From positions 1 through 62,924 of the forward strand of contig JALVMN010000375.1 of NCBI GenBank assembly GCA_027027005.1: 62,924 bases of DNA, written 5' to 3'. The translations under genes and the position numbers were made by a program. The notes beneath the pieces were generated by a model. That model did no database searches, was not told the DNA's origin, and worked only from the letters and a program-made list of their open reading frames with translations. The DNA comes from Desulfobacterales bacterium. GTDB taxonomy: Bacteria > Desulfobacterota > DSM-4660 > Desulfatiglandales > Desulfatiglandaceae. Below are positions 47,633 to 56,964 of this stretch, piece after piece; within the stretch, counting starts at the first letter, position 1, and each line of letters opens with the position of its first letter.

Positions 47633-49180
47633 CTATCGTTCGGGGAGGCGGATCACAAAGGTTGCCCCCTCCCCGGGCCGGCTTTCTGCCCAGATATCCC
47701 CGCGGTGGGCCTCGACAATCCTGTAAGAAATAGCCAGCCCCAGGCCTGAGCCCCTCTCGCGCGTGGTGTAAAAGGGCTCAAATATGCGGAGGAGGTCCTG
47801 CTCCTTTATTCCTGTTCCCTGATCACTTATTCGAATCTCCACCCCTTCGGGGATCTTCCGGGTGGATACCATCACCGTGCCACCTGCCTCCATGGCCTCG
47901 ATGCTGTTTGAAACGATATTGATAAATACCTGCTTGAGCTTGTCAGGATCACAGTATATTTCTCCAAGATTTGGATCAAGATCTGCCAAGAATCGATATC
48001 TCTCTCTTGGGTAGGCCTCTATCATGATGCTGAGCACATCATTTACCACGGAATTGACCTGGGCCGGTCTTTTTATCAGCTTGTAGTCCCTGGTGAAATC
48101 CCCCAGCTCCTGGACGAGTCGCTCTAGTCGTTCGACCTCCTCCAGTATCATGTCGAGCTTTTGCAGGGCCTTTTGGTCGGTCAGGGCGTTTCGGATCTGT
48201 CGCGAAAACCCCCCGATGATCATAAGAGGATTCCTTATCTCGTGGGCCACATGGGCCACTGCCTCACCCACGGCCGCAAGCCGCTCCGAGCGGAGCAGTT
48301 TTTTCTCAAGCTGTCTTTGTTCAGAGACATCCCTTATTATTGCGGTAAAGCCGGCCTGCTTGTGGGAAGATGAGGTGCTCTCTTCCATCTCGAAATAGGA
48401 AAGTCCAAGCTCTATTGGAAATTCTTCTCCTCCTTTTCTCAAGGCAGTAAGAGAGAGGGTCTTTCCCATTATGGCGGACCTGCCGGTCTCGACAAACCTC
48501 CTTACATAGAGGTAATGATCTCCATACTGGGGGGGCACCAGCATGTTGAGGCTCTTGCCTATCACCTCTTCCCTTTTGTATCCGAAAATCCTCTCAGCTG
48601 CGTCATTGAAAAGGATGATCCGGTTCTGCTCATCAATGCTCAGAATGGCGTCATTGGCAGTATCCAGAATGGCCTTGAATTTTTGCTCAGATGCCCTTAC
48701 CTTTCGGAGAAGTTCCCTGTGCTCTGTCACTTCCCTTGTTATTTCAACAAAATAACCCCCTTCTTCGTCCCCCGGGCTACCCAGCGGATACATTACCCTG
48801 ATAAACTCCCTCGTCCGATCCCGGTGAGGGACCTTGTGCTCCACTTCCACCCTTGTCCAATTTTCCCTGGCCCGCTCCAGAGGGCAGCGGTCAGGATCCA
48901 CGCTACAAGGAGAGCCCCTCTTTTCGGCGATTTCGTGGCACCTTCTCCCCACCACGTCCCCCTTTTCCATGCCCCAGTTCCGCAGAAGGGCCCTGTTTAC
49001 ATCCACAATGGTAAAATCAGGCTTCAGGATCATTATCTCTTCTTCAATACCGTCAAAGAGGGTTTCCAGGAAAAGGCGGGAACGCCTCATTTGTTCCAGT
49101 TCCTTCTCCCTCTGGGCAAGGAGGGCCTTTAGTCGGGCTATCTGGGAAACCAAGGAGGATTTTTCCGGAGCTTCAGACAT
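47633..49180 (-). CDS. Cytoplasmic sensor histidine kinase (coiled coil, two PAS domains, HisKA, HATPase_c)
   Basis: H-box VAHVAHEIRNPL, N-box FINIVSNSIEAM, G-boxes DQGTGI and GSGLGLAI. No TM segments. Confidence 0.85.
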   Translation of the reverse strand: MSEAPEKSSLVSQIARLKALLAQREKELEQMRRSRLFLETLFDGIEEEIMILKPDFTIVDVNRALLRNWGMEKGDVVGRRCHEIAEKRGSPCSVDPDRCPLERARENWTRVEVEHKVPHRDRTREFIRVMYPLGSPGDEEGGYFVEITREVTEHRELLRKVRASEQKFKAILDTANDAILSIDEQNRIILFNDAAERIFGYKREEVIGKSLNMLVPPQYGDHYLYVRRFVETGRSAIMGKTLSLTALRKGGEEFPIELGLSYFEMEESTSSSHKQAGFTAIIRDVSEQRQLEKKLLRSERLAAVGEAVAHVAHEIRNPLMIIGGFSRQIRNALTDQKALQKLDMILEEVERLERLVQELGDFTRDYKLIKRPAQVNSVVNDVLSIMIEAYPRERYRFLADLDPNLGEIYCDPDKLKQVFINIVSNSIEAMEAGGTVMVSTRKIPEGVEIRISDQGTGIKEQDLLRIFEPFYTTRERGSGLGLAISYRIVEAHRGDIWAESRPGEGATFVIRLPER

Positions 49181-49776
49181 TACACCCTCCCGCGGGGGCA
49201 GTAAAACACATAGCTGGTGGAGATAATCTGGAACATCTCTTCAGTACCTTCCCTTATCTCCTGGTACAGTCTCTTGAGAGTCGGGGCCGAGGCAACAGAG
49301 TTCCTGTATTCCGATTCATTATATAGGTGAGAGTCAATGGGCAGGAGGACTTGGTCCAAGGGAGGGTTCCAGTTCAAGCCAAACTCCTGTTTCAAGTGAA
49401 AGAATTTTTTGAACACATCACGGATCAAATCAGTCCTAAGGACCGGGTTTACCTGATTGATCATGCAATCAATGATTCCGACCAGGAAGTATACCTCCCG
49501 CATCTTCTTTTCGTCCTCCCTGTAGAGGAACAGCCCCCTGATGGTGGAGGCCACGCTACCCCTCAGGGTGAAATGTGGAGGGAGCTGTTGCACCCCGTCC
49601 TTTCCCTGATCCATGTGCTGGACCCTCTCCTGCTCAAACCTGCTGGACTGGGACTTCAGCATCTGGATGAAATGGGCAGATTCCCAGTGAGCGTGCCGGA
49701 ACTCAAAAGGCCTCAGGGTTATGACATTATCATTGGGCCCATGTCCGTACTTGTGGATTTTTATGACCCTTGCCAT
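49180..49776 (-). CDS. Hypothetical protein translationally coupled to the histidine kinase
   Basis: 198 aa from the ATG at 49776 (GGGGGA RBS). Its TAA stop overlaps the kinase ATG (TAATG). No recognisable motif. Confidence 0.45.
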   Translation of the reverse strand: MARVIKIHKYGHGPNDNVITLRPFEFRHAHWESAHFIQMLKSQSSRFEQERVQHMDQGKDGVQQLPPHFTLRGSVASTIRGLFLYREDEKKMREVYFLVGIIDCMINQVNPVLRTDLIRDVFKKFFHLKQEFGLNWNPPLDQVLLPIDSHLYNESEYRNSVASAPTLKRLYQEIREGTEEMFQIISTSYVFYCPRGRV

Positions 49777-49827
49777 GGTCCCCCTGAACCTAAAACCCCG
49801 CACCTGGCCTGGCCCTTCCAGCCTCGC

Positions 49828-50730
49828 CTATGGTCTGGGATGACATTTGCGGTGGATCTCCTTTAACCTCTCTCTGGTCACGTGGGTGTAGATCTGCGTG
49901 GTTGCAATGTCGGCATGGCCCAGCAGCATCTGGACCGAGCGAAGATCTGCCCCACCTTCCAGCAGATGGCTTGCAAAGCTGTGGCGCAAGCTGTGAGGGC
50001 TCAGCCTTCTCCCAATACCAGCCTCCCTTGCATACTGCTTGATTATCTTCCAGAATCCCTGGCGGCTAAGGGGCCTTCCCCTGGAATTCAAGAAGAGAAA
50101 AGAGGTGGGCCGGGCTTTTCTAAGAAGGAGTGGTCTTGCACTGGCCAAATATTCTTTTACGGCCTCAATGGCCTTGGCGCCCAAGGGCACAACCCTCTCC
50201 TTCTGCCCCTTTCCCATGGTCTTTAGGAAGCCTGCCTCCAGGTTTATGTCCGAGACCTTTAGTCCCACCAGCTCACTCACCCTCAGCCCTGCCCCATAAA
50301 GGACCTCCAGCATGGCCCTGTCTCTCAGGCCCTTGGTAGTGCTGGTATCGGGCTCTGAAAGGAGCCTTTCCACCTCCTGGAGGCTCAATACCCCTGGGAG
50401 ACGACGGCCGAGTTTCGGAGTGCTTATGAGACGGGCAGGATTAGTGGGAATGATGCCTTCTGAGGCAAGAAACCGAAAAAACATCTTCACCGAAGAGGTC
50501 TTTCTGGCAACGGTGGCCCTTGAGAGGGTGCGGGCCAAAAATCCCATATAATCGGAAATCAGGTCAGGGGTCACATCCGTGACCTCTTTGCCGATCCCTT
50601 CCAGATGGGAGACAAATCCTGCCAGATCTCTCCCATAGGCCTCCACCGTGTTTCGGGAAAGCCCCCTCTCAACCCTGAGAAAGTCCAGGAATCTGTCCAC
50701 CAGGAGGGATGTGTGTTGGGGCTGGGACAT
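49828..50730 (-). CDS. xerD: Tyrosine recombinase XerD-like
   Basis: LVDRFLDFLRVERGLSRNTVEAYGRDL N-terminal SAM-like domain. Catalytic HSLRHSFASHLL...LLGHADIATTQIYTHV. Confidence 0.8.
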   Translation of the reverse strand: MSQPQHTSLLVDRFLDFLRVERGLSRNTVEAYGRDLAGFVSHLEGIGKEVTDVTPDLISDYMGFLARTLSRATVARKTSSVKMFFRFLASEGIIPTNPARLISTPKLGRRLPGVLSLQEVERLLSEPDTSTTKGLRDRAMLEVLYGAGLRVSELVGLKVSDINLEAGFLKTMGKGQKERVVPLGAKAIEAVKEYLASARPLLLRKARPTSFLFLNSRGRPLSRQGFWKIIKQYAREAGIGRRLSPHSLRHSFASHLLEGGADLRSVQMLLGHADIATTQIYTHVTRERLKEIHRKCHPRP

Positions 50731-50745
50731 GGTACCCCTTTCGGC

Positions 50746-51855
50746 CTAAAACTGGTAAAAGTTGGCATCAGTGGTGAGGAGTTCCACGCCATCCTCTTTT
50801 ATAAGCACGGTCTCTTCCAGCCTTACCCCGCCCTTTCCAGGGATGTAGATCCCCGGCTCCACTGTAACCACCATTCCGGCCTGTAGTTCCACAGGTTTTA
50901 AAGGCCCGACCCTGGGGGCCTCGTGGGTGGCAAGCCCCACCCCGTGGCCCAGTGCATGGCCGAAATATTCTCCGTAGCCTGCATCCTTGATGACCCCGCG
51001 GGCAGCTCCATCGGCCTCATTACTCATTACGCCGTGGCGCATGATTTCCATGGCCTTTAATTGGGCCTGGCGGACCACCTTGTAAATCTCTTTAAACTGA
51101 GGGGGTGGCTCGCTCACAAACACGGTCCTGGTGATGTCTGAACAGTAACCATCAAGTTTCACTCCCATGTCCAGGACCACCGGCTCTCCAGGGCCTATCT
51201 TCCTGTCACTTGCCACGGCATGGGGGAGGGCCGAATTGGGGCCAGAGGCCACAATGGGGGGAAAGGCCACATCCTCTGCGCCCATCTGGCGGGCCAAGGT
51301 CTGGATGCGCCACGCCACATCTCTTTCCACCCGGCCTTGGTCAAGCCATCCGATGATTTCTCCCATGATGGTGGAAATCATCCGGGCAGAGGCCTTCAGG
51401 GCCTCTATTTCATGGGAGTCTTTTATCTCTCTCATGGCTGCCACCAGGCCTTCCATGGGGATCAGCTCTGTGGCCCCCTTGTCCAATTCTGCCGCTACAT
51501 CGGTATAAAGCCTCCAGGTGACATGCTCCTCCTCAAACCCCACCCTTTTGACACCGGTCTCCAGTATCAAGGCGGCCAGGGCACTTGCAAGTTCCCCTTT
51601 TACCAGGTGCAATTCAAAGTGAGCCGCCTCTTTTTCAGCCTCTGTGGCATAGCGCGAGTCGGTCAAGAGAACCTGTTGTCTTTCACTTATAAAAAGAGAG
51701 CCGGCCGATTCTGTGAGCTGGGGATCAGTGGCCTTGAAGCCTGACAAATACCTTCTGTTTTCAGGCTGGAGGATCCAGACGGCATCCAGTTCCTTTTGGG
51801 TCATCCTGGCTCGAAGTCCCTCTATGCGCTCTGCGTAAATGGAATTCTCTTGCAT
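50746..51855 (-). CDS. pepP: Xaa-Pro aminopeptidase (M24B)
   Basis: Creatinase-like N-domain plus pita-bread domain with DMG...D...HALGHGVG...E..VT(V)EPG metal ligands. ATG at 51855. Confidence 0.8.
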   Translation of the reverse strand: MQENSIYAERIEGLRARMTQKELDAVWILQPENRRYLSGFKATDPQLTESAGSLFISERQQVLLTDSRYATEAEKEAAHFELHLVKGELASALAALILETGVKRVGFEEEHVTWRLYTDVAAELDKGATELIPMEGLVAAMREIKDSHEIEALKASARMISTIMGEIIGWLDQGRVERDVAWRIQTLARQMGAEDVAFPPIVASGPNSALPHAVASDRKIGPGEPVVLDMGVKLDGYCSDITRTVFVSEPPPQFKEIYKVVRQAQLKAMEIMRHGVMSNEADGAARGVIKDAGYGEYFGHALGHGVGLATHEAPRVGPLKPVELQAGMVVTVEPGIYIPGKGGVRLEETVLIKEDGVELLTTDANFYQF

Positions 51856-52086
51856 GGTGGCTCCAGTGGCCCATGGGCCAGTATCCAATAACCCTCTGAA
51901 AAGATGACGGGCTATACCTCAGATGGGAGAAACTTGCAGTACCCCACAATAATACCAGATCAGAGGGGCCATTGCAATTTGGGGCCACCATCCTCACCCC
52001 AAGGGATTTGCGGTTTCATTGACAGGACACGGCGCAGTTGTTACTAGAATCTGGGTGTTTTTTGTAAAGACTCAAGGGAGGCGCGC

Positions 52087-54072
52087 TTGGTGAGCGAGGG
52101 CAAGACAATAGAGTATATCGAACAAGGGAAACTTATCTGTGCCTTATGCCTCCAGGAAAAAGGCAAGAGGCTCCATCTGCTCACCCCGACCAACCGTGAG
52201 GTAAACATATCGCCCAAAAGGGCCATTTTGATCTCTGAGGACACGGTCAGCACTGCAAGGCCCAGAGATGTGCTGCTCGACCATTTGAGGAAGGCAGAGG
52301 AGGAGAGAAACCGCCTGAAAGCCCAGGTGGACGTGAAAGAACTGTGGGAGTTGGTCCACGACGAAAACGAGGGCTTTACGCACAAGGACCTTGCCCAACT
52401 CTGTTTTGGCCCTGAAATAACCGACCACCATGTGAGTGCCGTTGTAAGGGCCCTTTTCGAAGACCGGCTTTATTTCAAGCTGAAGGAGGGCATATTTGTG
52501 CCCAATACCCCTCAGAGGGTGGAGCAGATTATCTTACAAAGGGAGGAAGAGGCAAGGCGAGAAGAAAGGCTTTGCCGTGGGGCTGAGTGGCTCAAGGCTG
52601 CACTAAAGGGGGGGCAGCCTCCCGAGCCTCAATGGAAGGCCTATGTGGTGGAACTCCTCCAGCAACTGGCCCTCCACGGAAGGGAGGCCAAGCAATACGA
52701 CGAGGCAAAGGAGCTTCTGGAAAGAGCCGGTGTGCCTGGTCCTGAAAAGGCAAGGCAACTGCTGGTGGAGCTTGGGATCTGGCAGGAGGATGAGAACCTG
52801 GAAATACTGCGCGCAGGGATCCCGGTGGACTTTACGCCGGAGCAACTCCAGGAGGCCGACTCCCTTTCTGCAAGAGAAATTGAAAGGGCGGGAGTCGAGG
52901 ACATGACAGGGCTTGATACCGTCACCATTGACGGGCCCTTTACCAGGGACTTTGATGATGCCATAAGCCTCCAGGAGACTGACCAGGGCACCCAACTTTT
53001 CATTCACATTGCAGATGTTGCATCCGTTGTCGAGCCGGAAACCCCGCTTGACAGGGAGGCATTCCAGCGGGCCTCATCCCTTTACCTGCCTCGCCGCTCC
53101 GTATCCATGATCCCCCAGGTTCTATCTGAAAACAAGTTGAGCCTTAAAGAGGGCCTGGACAGGCCGGCCATAACACTGCTCTGCACCCTGGACCAAGCCG
53201 GGGAAGTGAAAGACTATAGATTTGTGGCTTCGGTGGTGAGGGTCAAGAGGCAGCTCACCTATGAGCAGGTAAACCGTGATCTGGAAAAAGATCCAGAGCT
53301 AAAAAAGATGTTCGCCCTTGCAAAGGCCCTCAAGGAAAAGAGGCGGCTGCGGGGGGCGCTCAACCTGAGCCTCCCTGAGCTCCAGATCTCTGTGGACCAG
53401 GAAGGCACGGTCCAGCCCTATCTCCTGGATCAGGGGAGCCCCTCCAGGATGATTATTGCCGAGTTCATGATCCTGTTCAACTGGCTGGCAGGCCGATTTT
53501 GTAAGGAGCACCAAATCCCGGCCCTCTACAGGACCCAGCCCCCACCCTCGGAATTGATTGAGCAGGGCTCGAAGCCTTTCATCTATTATGTTTTTCATCA
53601 AAGGCGAAAGCTCCACCCCCTCCTCATCGACACGACCCCTGCCCCTCACAGCACCCTTGGCCTTGAGGTCTATAGCCAGGTGAGTTCTCCCATTCGTCGA
53701 TACCTTGACCTGGTGGTGCAACGCCAGATCAGGGCCTCTCTTCTTGGTCAAACGCCCCCTTACAACCAAGATGACCTGGAAAAGATAAGGATGGCCACAG
53801 AGCCCACCTTAAGGGAATTGGCCAGGATCAAGAGGGTGAGGCTGAGGTACTGGCTGCTCAAATTCTTCAGCCAGAACATTGGCAAGGCATTTCCCGCGGT
53901 GGTGCTGGATGAGCTGAACACCAAGTACAGGTTGGTTTTGAGCCAGTTCCTGATAACCACTGAGGTCAAGAAGGATCAGGCCCCGCTACTTGGGCCAGGC
54001 CAGGAGGTCTTGGTTGAGGTGGTAAAGGCCGATCCCTGGGAGGACACCCTGGTGGTCAAGGTGGTGGAATAG
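52087..54072 (+). CDS. RNase II/R-family 3'-5' exoribonuclease (RNB domain)
   Basis: TIDGPFTRDFDDAISL, HIADVA and SSPIRRYLDLVVQRQ RNB motifs, with a C-terminal S1-like segment. TTG/GVG start region follows GGGAGG. Confidence 0.8.
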   Translation: MVSEGKTIEYIEQGKLICALCLQEKGKRLHLLTPTNREVNISPKRAILISEDTVSTARPRDVLLDHLRKAEEERNRLKAQVDVKELWELVHDENEGFTHKDLAQLCFGPEITDHHVSAVVRALFEDRLYFKLKEGIFVPNTPQRVEQIILQREEEARREERLCRGAEWLKAALKGGQPPEPQWKAYVVELLQQLALHGREAKQYDEAKELLERAGVPGPEKARQLLVELGIWQEDENLEILRAGIPVDFTPEQLQEADSLSAREIERAGVEDMTGLDTVTIDGPFTRDFDDAISLQETDQGTQLFIHIADVASVVEPETPLDREAFQRASSLYLPRRSVSMIPQVLSENKLSLKEGLDRPAITLLCTLDQAGEVKDYRFVASVVRVKRQLTYEQVNRDLEKDPELKKMFALAKALKEKRRLRGALNLSLPELQISVDQEGTVQPYLLDQGSPSRMIIAEFMILFNWLAGRFCKEHQIPALYRTQPPPSELIEQGSKPFIYYVFHQRRKLHPLLIDTTPAPHSTLGLEVYSQVSSPIRRYLDLVVQRQIRASLLGQTPPYNQDDLEKIRMATEPTLRELARIKRVRLRYWLLKFFSQNIGKAFPAVVLDELNTKYRLVLSQFLITTEVKKDQAPLLGPGQEVLVEVVKADPWEDTLVVKVVE

Positions 54073-55000
54073 CTTGGGTCTCTGGCTTTTGGCTCGTCCT
54101 GGATGTGCTCCCTGTACCTGATTTGATTGTTTTATCCTTGACTGAAAATGCAATTCCTTTTTCCAGCAATGTATTTCCGTCCTTGTCATAGACCAGGACC
54201 TTTATGTGGGTAGGCATGTTTTCTTTACCGGAGAGCGGAATCTTGCCCTTGAAGGTCCGATAGCTCCTCTTTATGACAAATGGCTCACCTCTGTGGTATG
54301 GCTCAGGCCTTCCATCCACCAGCTTGACCTTCGGCCAGTTGCCGAGATATGGGGGATCGTGCTTGTGGTTTATTGCCACCAGGTGTACGTAACCTTCCGC
54401 AGGTTTTGTCCCCTTCTTTAACCTGTAAAGCCTGAAACTTACCTCTATATGGTCCCGGGCAAGGGAGGCTTGGAACTTCCTGATCTCAAGGGGTACCTTT
54501 TCTGGCTGAGTCCCCCCAGAGGGCGGAGTTGGCGACCCCTTTGCCAGGGCTTGCTTCTTTTGAGCAGCCTGTTGTTCTTGAGCAGTTTCGGTTCGTTTGG
54601 GAGGGGGGGCTTTTTCCTTTGCCCTTGGTCCCACTTTTGCAAGAGGTTGGCGGGCTACTTTTTTCCCTTTTGAACTATTTTTTTTCTCTTTTGACAGGGA
54701 GGCGATGTAATCCCTAAGGAAAGAGATGGTCTGCTCGCTCTTGAAGAGTTTCTTTTTGAGTTCCTTTTCACCGGCCCTCAGGCGATCAAGCTCCCTTGCC
54801 ACTTCATCGCCCTTTTGGATGAGGCGCACATAGCCGTTTATCACGAGGATGCTCCCCACAAGGTAGAGTGCAAGGAATAGGGCGGCCGTCCAAAGCACCC
54901 AGGTGGCCACCCTGAACTTCCTGACCCTACCCACCCCGCTCATGATCACGATGTCAAGCTCTGAGGGACGCCTCTTGCCCCTGCCTTTTGTCTCTTTCAT
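54056..55000 (-). CDS. Single-pass membrane protein, Lys/Pro-rich linker, unknown function
   Basis: One TM helix (WVLWTAALFLALYLVGSILVI), a coiled coil, a low-complexity K/P/Q linker and a beta-rich C-terminal domain. The 3' end overlaps the RNase gene by 17 nt. Confidence 0.4.
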   Translation of the reverse strand: MKETKGRGKRRPSELDIVIMSGVGRVRKFRVATWVLWTAALFLALYLVGSILVINGYVRLIQKGDEVARELDRLRAGEKELKKKLFKSEQTISFLRDYIASLSKEKKNSSKGKKVARQPLAKVGPRAKEKAPPPKRTETAQEQQAAQKKQALAKGSPTPPSGGTQPEKVPLEIRKFQASLARDHIEVSFRLYRLKKGTKPAEGYVHLVAINHKHDPPYLGNWPKVKLVDGRPEPYHRGEPFVIKRSYRTFKGKIPLSGKENMPTHIKVLVYDKDGNTLLEKGIAFSVKDKTIKSGTGSTSRTSQKPETQAIPPP

Positions 55001-55037
55001 CTGCCTTTTACCACTGGATGACGACGTCTGGGCCGAC

Positions 55038-56330
55038 TCAGCCGAATACCCGCTTGAATATGTGGTCCACGTATCTCAGGTGCACCTTGAGGTCAAATAT
55101 CTCTTCGACCTCTTTTGGGCTCAGGTATTCCATTATCTCCGTGTCGGCAAGTATCAATTCCTTGAAGTCAGCCTCTCCTTCCCAGACCTTGAGGGCGTTT
55201 CTCTGGACCATCGCGTATGCCCGCTGCCTTTCCACTCCTTTTTGGGCCAGTTTCAACAGGACTTGCTGAGAAAAAATGAGACCCCGGGTAAGGTTCAGAT
55301 TATTTGCCATTTTTTCGGGGTGAACCACCAGGCCCTCAAGTATCCTTGTGAGCCGATTCAGCATGAAGTCCACCAGGATGGTGGAATCAGGTCCAATCAC
55401 CCGCTCCACAGAAGAATGACTTATGTCTCTTTCGTGCCACAGGGCCTGATTCTCCATGGCGGCAAGGCAGTTGGTCCTCACAAGGCGGGCAAGCCCTGAT
55501 ATGTTTTCGCTTCCAATGGGATTCTTCTTGTGGGGCATGGCAGAAGAACCCTTTTGACCCTTGGAAAAGGGCTCTTCTGCCTCTAGCACCTCTGTTCGCT
55601 GGAGGTGACGAATCTCCACCGCGATTTTTTCCAGACTGCCTGCCAGGACGGCCAGGGTGGCAAAATAGTAGGCATGTCGATCCCTTTGGATTATCTGGGT
55701 GGAGATCTTGGCAGGTTTTAGACCCAGTATCTCACAGGCCCTCTCCTCCACCCTGGGTGAGACATTTGCAAAGGTGCCCACTGCGCCTGAGAGCTTACCA
55801 TAGCTGATCATCTCCAGGGCATGATGGAGCCGGTGGAGGTTTCGCTCCATTTCCGAATACCACACAGCAAGCTTCAACCCGAAGGTGATGGGTTCGGCGT
55901 GTATTCCGTGGGACCTCCCTATCATGACCGTGTCCTTGTGCTCAAAGGCCCTGCGCTTGAGCACCTCCATGAGCCCTTCCACATCCTGGATGATGATCTC
56001 CATGGCCTCCTTTAGCTGGAGGGCAAAGCTGGTGTCCAGGATATCCGAGGATGTCAGCCCCAGGTGTATGTAACGGGAGTCAGGCCCTACCGTCTCCTCC
56101 AGGTTGGTCAGAAAGGCTATGACATCGTGCTTGGTCTCCTCTTCGATCTCAAGGATTCTCTCCACCGAAAACGCTGCGCGCTCCTTTATGTTGTTGAGGG
56201 CCTCGGCAGGGATAATCCCCTCTTCGGCCATGGCCTCACAGGCTGCAAGTTCCACCTCCAGCCACTTCTGGAACTTGTTTTGGTCCTCCCAGATGCTTCC
56301 CATCCGGGCCCTTGTGTAACGAGGGATCAT
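55038..56330 (-). CDS. purB: Adenylosuccinate lyase
   Basis: MIPRYTR..M..IW start, fumarate-lyase signature GSSAMPHKKNP, 430 aa. Confidence 0.9.
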   Translation of the reverse strand: MIPRYTRARMGSIWEDQNKFQKWLEVELAACEAMAEEGIIPAEALNNIKERAAFSVERILEIEEETKHDVIAFLTNLEETVGPDSRYIHLGLTSSDILDTSFALQLKEAMEIIIQDVEGLMEVLKRRAFEHKDTVMIGRSHGIHAEPITFGLKLAVWYSEMERNLHRLHHALEMISYGKLSGAVGTFANVSPRVEERACEILGLKPAKISTQIIQRDRHAYYFATLAVLAGSLEKIAVEIRHLQRTEVLEAEEPFSKGQKGSSAMPHKKNPIGSENISGLARLVRTNCLAAMENQALWHERDISHSSVERVIGPDSTILVDFMLNRLTRILEGLVVHPEKMANNLNLTRGLIFSQQVLLKLAQKGVERQRAYAMVQRNALKVWEGEADFKELILADTEIMEYLSPKEVEEIFDLKVHLRYVDHIFKRVFG

Positions 56331-56863
56331 GACTCATCCTCCTGCTGTGCCAGGGCGGCCAGGATGGCGCGCATGAATGCGGGAAGGTCATCGGGCGTGC
56401 GGCTGGTAATCAGGTTGCCGTCCACCACCACCTCTTCATCCACCCATCGGGCACCGGCATTTACCAGATCGTCCTTTATGGCAAAAAAGGAGGTGACCTT
56501 TTTGCCTTGGAGGATTCCGGCAGAGGCCAGCATCCAGCCGGCATGGCATATGGCCGCCACCACCCTGCCTGCCCTGAACAGGTTGCCCACCAGCTCCACC
56601 ATTGCCCTGTGACGCCGCATGTGATCAGGGGCATAACCTCCTGGAATCACAATGCCGTGGAATTCCTTCCACTGGATGTCAGAAGCTCCTGCGTCCGCCT
56701 TTGCCGTGGTCCCTGCCTTTCCGGTGTATTGTTTTCCCTTTTCACCTCCCACTACCACCACCTGGGCCCCTGCCTCCTTGAGGCGGTAATATGGGTACCA
56801 GAACTCGTGGTCGTTGAACATCTCCTCAACCAGCAAGATGACTTTCTTTCCCTTGGCTTCCAT
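56327..56863 (-). CDS. DJ-1/PfpI-family protein
   Basis: Nucleophile-elbow AAICHAGWMLASAG, 178 aa. Overlaps the purB start by 4 nt. Confidence 0.8.
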   Translation of the reverse strand: MEAKGKKVILLVEEMFNDHEFWYPYYRLKEAGAQVVVVGGEKGKQYTGKAGTTAKADAGASDIQWKEFHGIVIPGGYAPDHMRRHRAMVELVGNLFRAGRVVAAICHAGWMLASAGILQGKKVTSFFAIKDDLVNAGARWVDEEVVVDGNLITSRTPDDLPAFMRAILAALAQQEDES

Positions 56864-56964
56864 GGCTTCCCTCCAAATAAAAAGCTTTCCTTGGGGGCCA
56901 ATTTACCAGATTTGCGGCCCCAGGAAAGCTTTTTTTCGAGTCGATTCCAGTTAGTTGAGGGGAG

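Noticed and set aside
49828-50730. The tyrosine recombinase considered as the integrase of the low-GC block next to tRNA-fMet.
   Set aside because: It has a typical XerD N-terminal domain and C-terminal motif set. It lies on the far side of the tRNA from the island, separated by the kinase operon, and is embedded among housekeeping genes (pepP, RNase II family).
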